NCBI GenBank assembly: GCA_047519495.1
Contig: JAPVSX010000118.1
Span: forward strand, 1-38,799
DNA length: 38,799 nucleotides
Source: Armatimonadota bacterium
GTDB taxonomy: Bacteria; Sysuimicrobiota; Sysuimicrobiia; Sysuimicrobiales; Segetimicrobiaceae
Direction of reading: 5' to 3'
Each line of letters starts with the position of its first letter. Position 1 is the stretch's first letter. The translations under genes and the position numbers were made by a program. This document shows positions 17,978 through 26,186 of this stretch, piece after piece. Below the pieces are notes generated by a model. That model was not told the DNA's origin, searched no databases, and saw nothing but the letters and a program-made list of their open reading frames with translations.

Positions 17978-18769
17978 TCACCCGCGCCACGCGTGCATGG
18001 GGTTGGCGGGCCCGTGGCCCCGGCCGAGCGGCAACGCCGCCTCGATCGCGCGGGTGATGAACACCTTCGCGTCCCGGATCGCCTCGGGGACGTCGCGCCC
18101 GCGGGCGAGCCCGGCGGTGATCGCGGCCGAGAAGACGCATCCGGTCCCGTGCGTGTGTTTCGTCAGTACCCGGCGCGCCTCGAGGCGCTCGATCCGGCCG
18201 CCGTCGAACAGGACGTCGACCGCCGCTCCCTCCAGGTGGCCGCCTTTCACGACGACGTACCGGGGCCCGAACGCGGCCAGGGCGCGCGCCGCCTCTTCCA
18301 TTTCCTCGAGCGTCCTGACCTCGCGGCCGGCGAGCGCACCGGCCTCGTGGAGGTTCGGCGTCACCACGAGGGCGAGCGGCAGGAGATCGCGGCGCAGCGC
18401 CGCCATCGCCTCAGGACGGAGGAGCGGCGTACCGGCCTTCGAGATCATGACCGGATCTACGACGAGCTGAGTGATCCGGTGCCGCCGGATCCGGTCGGCC
18501 ACGACCTCGATGATCGGCGCACTGCTCAGCATGCCGGTCTTCGCAGCGTCCACCCCGATGTCCGTCACGACCGCGTCGATCTGCCTGCCCACCTCTTCCG
18601 GCGGCAGCTCGACGATGCTGGTAACCTCCGCGGTGTTCTGCGCGGTTACGGCGGTGATCGCCGTCATCCCGAAAACGTCCAACGCGGAAAACGTCTTCAG
18701 GTCCGCCTGTATGCCCGCCCCACCCCCGGAGTCCGAGCCCGCGATCGACAGCGCACGTGGTATCGTCAT
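17978..18769 (-). CDS. thiD: Hydroxymethylpyrimidine/phosphomethylpyrimidine kinase
   Basis: LSIAGSDSGGGAGIQADLKTF, TAQNT, DPVM, TPNLHEA, THGTGC; GGAGG RBS. Confidence 0.96.
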   Translation of the reverse strand: MTIPRALSIAGSDSGGGAGIQADLKTFSALDVFGMTAITAVTAQNTAEVTSIVELPPEEVGRQIDAVVTDIGVDAAKTGMLSSAPIIEVVADRIRRHRITQLVVDPVMISKAGTPLLRPEAMAALRRDLLPLALVVTPNLHEAGALAGREVRTLEEMEEAARALAAFGPRYVVVKGGHLEGAAVDVLFDGGRIERLEARRVLTKHTHGTGCVFSAAITAGLARGRDVPEAIRDAKVFITRAIEAALPLGRGHGPANPMHAWRG

Positions 18770-18999
18770 TATGCCCCTCCTCCTCGTCACGCAGCCGGCA
18801 CAGCAATGCGCTGATGCTGAGCCGTGATCGCCCGGCGCAAATCGACCTGATTGCGCACTGGCTCCCCAGTCTCGCGGGAGATGCTTCCGAAAAGCCGGCC
18901 GCGATGGCCTGCCCTCCGCTCTCTATCGAGGGACGGATTCGAACGTCCGAGATGACGCACGGGGAGCCGGCGTGTGGCCGCAGGGAAGCGGCACCCGGC

Positions 19000-20028
19000 T
19001 CACCCGGTCCGGCCAGCGAAGTGGTCCCACCCCACCGAGACGAGCGGGGTCCGCCGTCCGTCGCGCCCGGCAAGCCAGCGGCCCTCAACCGGCGGGAGGA
19101 TCTCGCCGATCCGCGTGATCGGGACGCGGGTGGTCCGCGCGAGGCCGGCGGCGACCTCCCCGAACACCGGGTCGGCGGCGAAGAGCAGCTCGTAGTCCTC
19201 GCCCCCGCCGAGGGCCCAGGCCGCCGGGTCTACCCCGGCGGCCTGGGCCACCGCAACCAGCCCCTCCGCCAGCGGCAGTCGCGCGGGCTCGAGGCGAACG
19301 CCCACGCCGGACGCCTCGGCCAGGTGGAGCAAATCTGAGGCCGTGCCGTCGCTCGTATCGATCAGCGCGGTCACCAGGCCGCTCGCACCGAGCGCCTGCC
19401 CCACCGCCACACGCGGGACGGGCCGCAGGTAAGCCGCCGTGAGCGCCTCGCCGACTCCCGCCATCCGCACCTCGGGGTGGCGGAGCAGAAATAGCCCGGC
19501 CGCAGCCTTGCCCACCGCGCCCGTCACCCACACCCCATCGCCCGGCCGGGCGCCCGCGCGCCTGATGACCGTCTGCGCCTCTCCGAGCAGCGTCACGTCG
19601 ATGATGAGCGGCCCGGACGTCCGGGAGACGTTTCCGCCGACGACCACGACCTCGTAGGCGGATGCCCCCTCCCCCAGGCCGCCGTAGACGCCCTCCAGCC
19701 ATGCGACAGGAGTCTCGGGGGGGAGCGCCAGGGAGACGAGCGCGTACCGCGGTGTCCCGCCCATCGCCGCGACGTCGCTGAGGTTCACGGCGAGCGCCCG
19801 CCAGCCGATATCGGCGGGCGGGGCCAGCTCACGGACGAAGTGCACTCCTTCAACCTGGATATCGCACGTGGCGAGGACCTGCCCCGAGAACGACAGCACC
19901 GCGGTGTCGTCGCCGATGCCGACGGTGACGCCCGGGCCCGCGGCCGGCACGATCCGCCGGAGCCGCTCGATGAGCGCGAACTCTCCGAGCGCGGCGACGT
20001 CGCCGGGGTTACCCGGCGAGGGCGGCAT
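19000..20028 (-). CDS. thiL: Thiamine-monophosphate kinase
   Basis: GEFALI, GIGDDTAV, EGVHF, NLSDVAAMGG, DTSDG, GGEDYELLF, GWDHF. Confidence 0.95.
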   Translation of the reverse strand: MPPSPGNPGDVAALGEFALIERLRRIVPAAGPGVTVGIGDDTAVLSFSGQVLATCDIQVEGVHFVRELAPPADIGWRALAVNLSDVAAMGGTPRYALVSLALPPETPVAWLEGVYGGLGEGASAYEVVVVGGNVSRTSGPLIIDVTLLGEAQTVIRRAGARPGDGVWVTGAVGKAAAGLFLLRHPEVRMAGVGEALTAAYLRPVPRVAVGQALGASGLVTALIDTSDGTASDLLHLAEASGVGVRLEPARLPLAEGLVAVAQAAGVDPAAWALGGGEDYELLFAADPVFGEVAAGLARTTRVPITRIGEILPPVEGRWLAGRDGRRTPLVSVGWDHFAGRTG

Positions 20029-20698
20029 CAACCTGCTCCCTCAGGCGGCGGGTCGCCTCCACCATATCGTCCGCCAGGGTGACGGCGGTGATCACGGCCA
20101 CCCCCGCAGCGCCCGCCCGGATCACCGCGGCCGCATTCTCGACGGTGATCCCGCCGATCCCGACGACCGGCAGGGGTACAGCCCGGGAGACCGCCCGGAT
20201 CCGATCGAGCCCGACCGGGATGCCGGCATCCGCCTTCGTGCCCGTCGCGTAGACGGCGCCGACGCCGAGGTAGTCCGCCCCGCCGCGCCAGGCGGCCGCG
20301 GCCTCGTCCTCTGTCGCGGCGGACACGCCGAGGAACCGGCCGCCGCCCAGGAGCCGGCGTGCATCCTCGGCCGGAAGGTCGTCCTGGCCCACGTGCACAC
20401 CGTCGGCGCCGGCCGCGAGCGCGACGTCCACCCGGTCGTTGAGGATGAACGTCACGCCCGCCGCGCGGCACACCGGCGCGATCGCGCGCGCCGTCTCGAC
20501 GATCACACGTGCCGGTTCGTCCTTCATCCGCAGCTGCACCGCCGTCGCGCCGCCGCGGATTGCGGCCTCGGCGATCTCGGGGTGTGAGCGTCCCCGCGCA
20601 TTGGTCAAATCGGTGATGACGTACAGCCGCCAGTCCGCCCAACGCGGCCGCGTGCCGGCTTCGCCGGGCGGTCGCGTGCCGGCCTCGCCGGGCCTCAT
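20009..20698 (-). CDS. thiE: Thiamine-phosphate synthase
   Basis: LYVITD, QLRMK, NDRVDVA...DGVHVGQDD, DYLGVG.VY.T.TK, GIGGI. Confidence 0.96.
   Translation of the reverse strand: MRPGEAGTRPPGEAGTRPRWADWRLYVITDLTNARGRSHPEIAEAAIRGGATAVQLRMKDEPARVIVETARAIAPVCRAAGVTFILNDRVDVALAAGADGVHVGQDDLPAEDARRLLGGGRFLGVSAATEDEAAAAWRGGADYLGVGAVYATGTKADAGIPVGLDRIRAVSRAVPLPVVGIGGITVENAAAVIRAGAAGVAVITAVTLADDMVEATRRLREQVDAALAG
20646..20693. repeat. 24-bp tandem duplication in thiE N-terminus (PGEAGTRP x2)
   Basis: ggccgcgtgccggcttcgccgggc / ggtcgcgtgccggcctcgccgggc. Confidence 0.85.
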
Positions 20699-21501
20699 GC
20701 GCGCAGCCGCGCCCGGCCCAGCACGGCGGGCGCGGCCAGCGCGTCCAGCGCGTCCAGCAGCGCCACCCGGAACGTGCCCGGTCCGGCCGCCGTCTCGGCC
20801 GCGCGTTCCGCGGCCACCTCGAAGCAGAGCAGCCCGGCCGCGGCGGCCGCCAGCGCGTCAGGCTCCACGGCCGCAAACGCTGCGACCGCCGCGGTGGCCA
20901 TGCAGCCGCTCCCTGTGATCCGGGCCAGGAGCGGATGTCCGTTCTCGATCCGGACGACCCGGTCTCCGTCCGTAAGGAGGTCCACCGGCCCGGTCGCGGC
21001 GACGGCCGCGCCGGCGCGGCGGGCCAGGTCGCGCGCCAGATGGTCCACCGCCTCGACGCGGCCGGTCGCGTCGACCCCCCGCACGCCGCCGGCCTGCCCG
21101 GCGAGCGCCGCGATCTCGCCCGCGTTCCCCCGCACGCACGCGATCCTCAGCTCGTCCAGCAGCCGCCGGGCCTGCGCCGTCCGGAACGCGGTGGCCCCCG
21201 CGCCGACGGGGTCGAGGATCACGGGAATGCCGGCGGCATTCGCGCGTCGGCCGGCGAGGAGCATCGTGTTCACGGCCTGAGCGGTCAGGGTGCCGATGTT
21301 GAGCGCGAGCGCCCCGGCCGCGGCGACCATCTCCTCGACCTCCTCCGGCGCATGCGCCATGACCGGCGCAGCGCCGAGCGCCAGGGTGACGTTGGCGACG
21401 TCGTTGATCGTCACGACGTTCGTGATGTGGTGCACGAGCGGCCGTCGCTCGCGCACGCGTGCCAGGAGCGCCGCCGCGGTGGCCGCCGTGAGCGCGGTCA
21501 T
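20695..21501 (-). CDS. thiM: Hydroxyethylthiazole kinase
   Basis: PLVHHITN.V..NDVAN, LNIGTL, LDPVG.GAT..R, RGNAGEI, ITGSGC. Confidence 0.96.
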   Translation of the reverse strand: MTALTAATAAALLARVRERRPLVHHITNVVTINDVANVTLALGAAPVMAHAPEEVEEMVAAAGALALNIGTLTAQAVNTMLLAGRRANAAGIPVILDPVGAGATAFRTAQARRLLDELRIACVRGNAGEIAALAGQAGGVRGVDATGRVEAVDHLARDLARRAGAAVAATGPVDLLTDGDRVVRIENGHPLLARITGSGCMATAAVAAFAAVEPDALAAAAAGLLCFEVAAERAAETAAGPGTFRVALLDALDALAAPAVLGRARLRA

Positions 21502-21821
21502 CCGCCGCGCCTCCGGGCGGACAGCAGCCGGTGTACCCAGTGCCGCACCCGGAGCCGGAGGTCCACCCGGGCTACCGCCTCCGCCATCGCCGCCTCGGAG
21601 ACGGCCCGCGGCTCGTACATGACGTGCACGTTCTTCGTGGCCATGTCCACGTGGGCTGCCAGCACGCCGGGGAGCTCCTCCAGAGCCCGCTCCACCCGCC
21701 GCGCTCAGAGGTGGCAGAGGATGCGATCGGCGCGCAGGACCGCCGAGGCCTCGCCGCGCGCCGGCTCGTGTCGATCCTCGCGGCGGTCCATATCCGCCGC
21801 TTCCGCGCCCGGGGCGCTCAT
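21498..21821 (-). CDS. Heavy-metal-associated (HMA/CopZ/MerP-like) domain protein with in-frame UGA; probable selenoprotein (CxxU)
   Basis: One frame from ATG 21821 (ATGA overlap with the thiW stop) to TGA 21498 (ATGA overlap with the thiM start). Reads ...RILCHL-UGA(21705-21707)-ARRVERALEELPGVLAAHVDMATKNVHVMYEP, an HMA pattern with the second Cys of CxxC replaced by UGA. Confidence 0.75.
21662..21704 (-). promoter_or_regulatory. Candidate bacterial SECIS hairpin
   Basis: Immediately 3' of the UGA: upper stem GGGCUC/GAGCUC closing a UGGAG loop 22 nt after the UGA, possible lower stem GCGCG/CGUGC. Folded by eye only. Confidence 0.45.
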
Positions 21822-22339
21822 GACGGCGCCGTTCCCGGGCCGAGGATCGGCACCCGCCGCAGCACGCGGATCACGACATACCCGAGCACCGCACCTGGGA
21901 TGCTGCTGCTGAGGAACGCGATCTGGAACCACGCCCACGTGTGGCTGGAGCCCGCGAACGGCTGGAAGATCCAGGCGGCCAGCGTCGCGCCGATCGGGCC
22001 CGTGCCGATCGGCTCGCACAGCGCCGCCGCATCGTTGCGCAGAAGGCGGTAGGCATATCCGACGACAAGCGCGCCGAACGGGCTCCCGGGAAACGCGAAC
22101 AGCGTGCCCCAGTGCAGGTTGTAGCGCAGCGTGGCGGTCACAAGCGCCGCGCCCGCGGCGTACCACGGCCCGAGGAGGATTGCGGCGACCGCGTTGATGG
22201 TGTGCTGGAACGGGAACACCCGGGTCGGGCCGACCGGGATACTGAGCGGGCCCAGCGCGGCCGCGATCGCGGCGAACATGGCGGCGAGCACGAGCCGCCT
22301 CAACTGCTGTCCCTGATCACGGGGTCTGTGTTCATTCAT
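21818..22339 (-). CDS. thiW: ECF transporter S component ThiW (thiazole precursor)
   Basis: FPFQHTINAVAAILLGPWY, GTLFAFPGSPFGA, EPIGTG.IGA, SSIPGA. Confidence 0.92.
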   Translation of the reverse strand: MNEHRPRDQGQQLRRLVLAAMFAAIAAALGPLSIPVGPTRVFPFQHTINAVAAILLGPWYAAGAALVTATLRYNLHWGTLFAFPGSPFGALVVGYAYRLLRNDAAALCEPIGTGPIGATLAAWIFQPFAGSSHTWAWFQIAFLSSSIPGAVLGYVVIRVLRRVPILGPGTAPS

Positions 22340-23004
22340 ACCGGCCACTCCTCCATGCGCCACGCCATCTCCCAGAACAGATACTCGTAGCGCTGACTCG
22401 TAACAAATACTTCCCGAAGGGCGTCCTCGCGCCCCGGCGGCAGATCCGCGCCGAGCTGGTCGAGCAGCCCCGCCAGCCACCGCGCCATCGCTTCGTACTC
22501 GTCGGAGGTGTACATCTTGATCCAGTTCACGTACAGGGGCTGGCGCTCGGGCAGGCCGCGGGCGCGGAGCGCCTGGGCGATCTCCCAGTACCCATACGCG
22601 CAGGGGAGGATCGCTGCCAGGATCGTCGCGAGGTCTCCCGTCTCGGCCGCGAGGCGCAGATGGGAAGTGTACGCAACGGTCGTCGGCGCCGGCCGGGTCT
22701 CCTCGAGGGCCTCGGGCGCAATCCCGGCCGCCCAGCAGGCTTCCCGGTGCAGGTCCATCTCGGTGTTGAGCGTGACGTTGAGGAGGTCGGCGAACCGGGC
22801 GGCGACCCCGAGATCCTCCGCCCGCGCGGCGGCGAGCGCCAGCACGCGACAGTACTGGATGAGAAACAGATAATCCTGGCGCATGTAGTACTGGTACCGG
22901 TCACCCGGCAGGGAGCCGTCCCCCAGCCCCCCGACGAACGGGTGGGACACGATCTGTGCGTGGACCGGCGCCGCTGCTTCCTGGAGGCGCGCGAAGAGGC
23001 TCAT
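22336..23004 (-). CDS. tenA: Thiaminase II / aminopyrimidine aminohydrolase
   Basis: HPFV..L.DG.L, YMRQDYLFL, AILPC.YGYWEI catalytic Cys, WI.MY.S.EY, E..FWEMA. Confidence 0.93.
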   Translation of the reverse strand: MSLFARLQEAAAPVHAQIVSHPFVGGLGDGSLPGDRYQYYMRQDYLFLIQYCRVLALAAARAEDLGVAARFADLLNVTLNTEMDLHREACWAAGIAPEALEETRPAPTTVAYTSHLRLAAETGDLATILAAILPCAYGYWEIAQALRARGLPERQPLYVNWIKMYTSDEYEAMARWLAGLLDQLGADLPPGREDALREVFVTSQRYEYLFWEMAWRMEEWPV

Positions 23005-23011
23005 CGGCGGC

Positions 23012-24328
23012 CTACGGCGTGGGCCATAACGCGCCTTCCGCGTCCGCCCCGCACCACGCGGCGATCAGCCGGGCATAGACACGGGCGCAGGCTACGAGTT
23101 CCTCGGTCGCGACGTACTCGTCCACCGCGTGCGCCTGCTCCCACCCGCCGGGGCCATAGACGATGGCGGGGATCAGACGTGCGGCGAGCCATCCGGCGTC
23201 GCACACCGAGGGCGACATCCGCCGGGCGGGTGGGGCGCCGTAAACGTCCTGGTGCGCCTGTGCCATGACCGCGACGGCCGGGTGCGCGGGGTCGGTCTCG
23301 AACGCCGGGAACACCTCGCCCCGGTCCTGGATCATGGAGCGGCCGCCCCACCGGTACGCCGGCGGGTGCTCGCGGAGCCACGGGTCCGCCGCCGCGGCCG
23401 CCAGCACCGTCCGCTCGATCTCGCCGGTCACCGCCTCGGCCGTCTCGCCGGGATAAAAATGGACGGTGACCCACAGCGCACACCGGTCCGCGACGAACGC
23501 CGGGTGCCGGCCGCCCTCGATCGCCGCCGGGTTGATCGTCGTCGTCCCGGGGGGGAAGCCCGGATGCGACTTCATCACGGCCCAGTGGCGCTCGAGGGTC
23601 CCGAGCGCCCCGAGGACCACCATCATCTTCTCGATCGCACTCGCGCCGTGCACCCCGCCGCCAGCGTGGATCATCCGCCGGCGGACGGCGTCGTGGAACG
23701 TCTGCGGGCTCTGGATCGTGATCCACCCGGTGACGACCCCGCCCTGGCCGAGCGAGAGCTCGCGCGCCGTCGGCTCGGGCACGAGGGCAGCGTCCACGGG
23801 CGGCGTGCGCTCGAGCGCCGCAAGCGTCCCCGCCTCCCCCATCTCCTCCCCCGTGACCAGCTGGAGGACGACGTCGCCCCGCGGCCGGCCGAGCGTATGG
23901 AGGACCGCCTCGAGCGCGGTGAGCGCAGCCGCGATCCCGCCTTTCATGTCCGTCGCGCCCCGCCCGTAGATCCGCCCGCCCCGCCGGGCCGGGGTGAACG
24001 GCGGGCTGGTCCACGGCTCGCCGGGCGCGGTTGCGGCGACGTCCACGTGTCCGTTGATGAGGAGCGACCGCCCGCCGCCCCGGCCCGGCAGGCGCGCGAT
24101 CACCTGGGAGTCGCCCGGATAGAGGGGAACCGTCTCGGCCGCGGCCCCGAGGGACGTGAGGCGCTCCGTGAGAAATCGCTGGATCCCGTCGGTATTCCGG
24201 CCGGGCGGGCATGGCGTCTCGTACGCGATCAGGCTCTCGGTGAGGCGGAAGAGGTCCTCCTGGTGTGCGGTGAGATCCGCGTCGAGCGCCCGAACCGCGG
24301 GAGAAGCGCCGGCCGCCGCGCGGGTCAT
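23012..24328 (-). CDS. ylmB: M20/ArgE-family amidohydrolase, probable N-formyl-aminomethylpyrimidine deformylase (YlmB-like)
   Basis: INGHVDV, GRGATDMKGG, GEEMGEAG, HDAVRRRMIHAGGG, AIEGGRHPAFVAD, AHAVDE; sits between thiY-like and tenA. Confidence 0.85.
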   Translation of the reverse strand: MTRAAAGASPAVRALDADLTAHQEDLFRLTESLIAYETPCPPGRNTDGIQRFLTERLTSLGAAAETVPLYPGDSQVIARLPGRGGGRSLLINGHVDVAATAPGEPWTSPPFTPARRGGRIYGRGATDMKGGIAAALTALEAVLHTLGRPRGDVVLQLVTGEEMGEAGTLAALERTPPVDAALVPEPTARELSLGQGGVVTGWITIQSPQTFHDAVRRRMIHAGGGVHGASAIEKMMVVLGALGTLERHWAVMKSHPGFPPGTTTINPAAIEGGRHPAFVADRCALWVTVHFYPGETAEAVTGEIERTVLAAAAADPWLREHPPAYRWGGRSMIQDRGEVFPAFETDPAHPAVAVMAQAHQDVYGAPPARRMSPSVCDAGWLAARLIPAIVYGPGGWEQAHAVDEYVATEELVACARVYARLIAAWCGADAEGALWPTP

Positions 24329-25305
24329 GGCGCCAGGTTCGTGTACAGCTGGTCCGTGGGCACCGGGTGCGCGATCACCTGGTGGGCGGCCAGCCACCGG
24401 TCGAACGCCTCCCACTGCGAGCTCAGCTGCACCTGCGTGCGCGCGAAGTACGGCAGCGTCGCCTGGAACGACCGCTGGTTGAACGCATCGTCGAGCTTCG
24501 GGTCGTGGGCCTCCCGGACGTACTGCCGGAACGCCTCAGCGGGATGCGCCTCGGTGAATGCGATCCCGCGCCCAACCGCGTCCACGAACCGCCGCAGCAC
24601 CGTCGTGCGCGCCGCCACCCCCCGGTCGTTCGCGATCAGCACGAGCTCGTAGAAGGACGGGACCCCGTACTTCTCCGGCTCGAACATGCCGACGGCCTGG
24701 CCCTGCATCTCGATCTGCACCCGTTCCACGTTGCGGTAGGCGCCGACGACCGCGTCCACCTTGTGTGCGAGCAGCGCCGGCACCAGGTCGAACCCTACGT
24801 TGACCATCTTGAGGTTGGCCTCCGAGGCGCCGTCGCTGCGCATCACCTGATCCATCATCGCGTCGGCAAACCCGGTCACCGCGAAGCCGACGCGCCGGCC
24901 GACCAGGTCTTTCGGGGACCGGATCCCCGAGCTCCGCAAGAACATGACGGTCGTGAGCGGCTGGCCGACGAGCAGGCCGATGCTGCGAACGGGCAGTCCC
25001 TGGGCGCGCGCCAGGATGACGTTCGGCTCGTAGTTCACCGCCACGTCCACCCGCCCGACCGCCGCCAGCTTGAGTGGGTCGTCGGCGTTGGCCGGGACCT
25101 GGAAGGCCACGCGCAGGCCCGCCTGCGTGAAGTATCCTTCCCCCATCGCCGCGTAGAGCGGGACGTGGTCGGGGTTGGGGAACCAGTCGAGCATGAATGT
25201 CACCGGGGCGAGCGCCGCCGCCCCGCCGGCGCCCGCGCCCGCCGCCACGGCGAGCGCGACGGCCGTCGCCACCCACACCCGTCGGGTGATCCAGGATATC
25301 GTCAT
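24325..25305 (-). CDS. thiY: ThiY/NMT1-family ABC substrate-binding protein (HMP/FAMP precursor)
   Basis: LDWFPNPDH..LY.A..EGYF, YRNVE, YGVPSFYELV; N-terminal signal peptide with RR. Confidence 0.88.
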   Translation of the reverse strand: MTISWITRRVWVATAVALAVAAGAGAGGAAALAPVTFMLDWFPNPDHVPLYAAMGEGYFTQAGLRVAFQVPANADDPLKLAAVGRVDVAVNYEPNVILARAQGLPVRSIGLLVGQPLTTVMFLRSSGIRSPKDLVGRRVGFAVTGFADAMMDQVMRSDGASEANLKMVNVGFDLVPALLAHKVDAVVGAYRNVERVQIEMQGQAVGMFEPEKYGVPSFYELVLIANDRGVAARTTVLRRFVDAVGRGIAFTEAHPAEAFRQYVREAHDPKLDDAFNQRSFQATLPYFARTQVQLSSQWEAFDRWLAAHQVIAHPVPTDQLYTNLAP

Positions 25306-26186
25306 GCGGTGCCTGCACGCCGCCACGGCAGCGCCAGCCACTCGATGAGCGAGACCGCCGCAAAGAGGCCCATCGCCATCAGGCTCAGGTACACGATCGC
25401 GGCAAACACCAGATCGACGTGGAGCTGGGCGTTGGCGTGGATCATCAGGAACCCCAGCCCCTGGGTGGCACCGACCCACTCCCCGATCACGGCGCCGATC
25501 ACGCTCGTCGCGACCGCGATCCTGGTCCCTGAGAACACGAACGGCAGCGCGGCCGGAACCCGGATCACGAGGAGGATCTGCGCCGGCGTCGCACCCAGGA
25601 TCACGAGCAGGTTCACCGTGTCGGGGTCCGCGGCGCGGAGGCCGTCCACGGTGTTGACGACGATCGGGAAGAACACGATCAGCGCGGCCATGGCGATCTT
25701 GGACGCCATCCCGTAACCGAACCACACGATCAGGAGCGGGGCGATCGCGAACACCGGCACGGTCTGGCTCGCGATGATCAGCGGATAGACCGCCCGCTCG
25801 ACGGTCCGCGAGGAAAAGATCAGGATCGCAAGCCCGATCCCGACCACAAAGGCGATCGCAAAGCCGAGGAGCACCTCCTCAAGGGTGACCGCCGCCTGGG
25901 TGAGCAGGAGCCACTGATCGGTGAGCAGGAGCCCGGCGATGCGGCTGGGCGCCGGGAGGATGTAGAAGGGCACGCCGAACGCCCGCACGCCCGTTTCCCA
26001 GACGAGCAGGAAGAGCGTCAGCAGGCCGGCCGCGGGGCCCGCCTGAGCCACCCCCCGCCGCGCCTGGTCGAGGACCCAGGCACAGCCCTTGAGCCTGCGG
26101 CGTGAGTCGACACGCCCGCCGGGGGGGGCGGCCGCCGGGCGTCCGGCCGCGGACGGCGTGAGCTCGCGCGGTTGGAGGGCGGTCAC
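25302..26186 (-). CDS. thiX: ABC permease, ThiX/SsuC type
   Basis: LPAPS, SQTVPVFAIAPLLIVWFGYG, FFPIVVNT.DGL, GAVIGEW.GA..GLG. Confidence 0.88.
   Translation of the reverse strand: MTALQPRELTPSAAGRPAAAPPGGRVDSRRRLKGCAWVLDQARRGVAQAGPAAGLLTLFLLVWETGVRAFGVPFYILPAPSRIAGLLLTDQWLLLTQAAVTLEEVLLGFAIAFVVGIGLAILIFSSRTVERAVYPLIIASQTVPVFAIAPLLIVWFGYGMASKIAMAALIVFFPIVVNTVDGLRAADPDTVNLLVILGATPAQILLVIRVPAALPFVFSGTRIAVATSVIGAVIGEWVGATQGLGFLMIHANAQLHVDLVFAAIVYLSLMAMGLFAAVSLIEWLALPWRRAGTA
26091..26120 (-). repeat. Dispersed repeat family C (about 30 bp, GGCGT..ACGCC hairpin)
   Basis: ggcgggcgtgtcgactcacgccgcaggctc; related copies at 4490-4519, 12483-12528, 23008-23036 and 36664-36693. Confidence 0.75.

Noticed and set aside
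18900-18999. tRNA gene (including tRNA-Sec)
   Set aside because: Only a T-loop-like hairpin; no acceptor stem, D arm or anticodon arm could be built.
21498-21695. Stand-alone 65-aa ORF starting at GTG 21695
   Set aside because: Would lack the metal-binding motif and leave the coupled upstream in-frame segment unexplained; better read as the 3' part of the UGA-containing gene.
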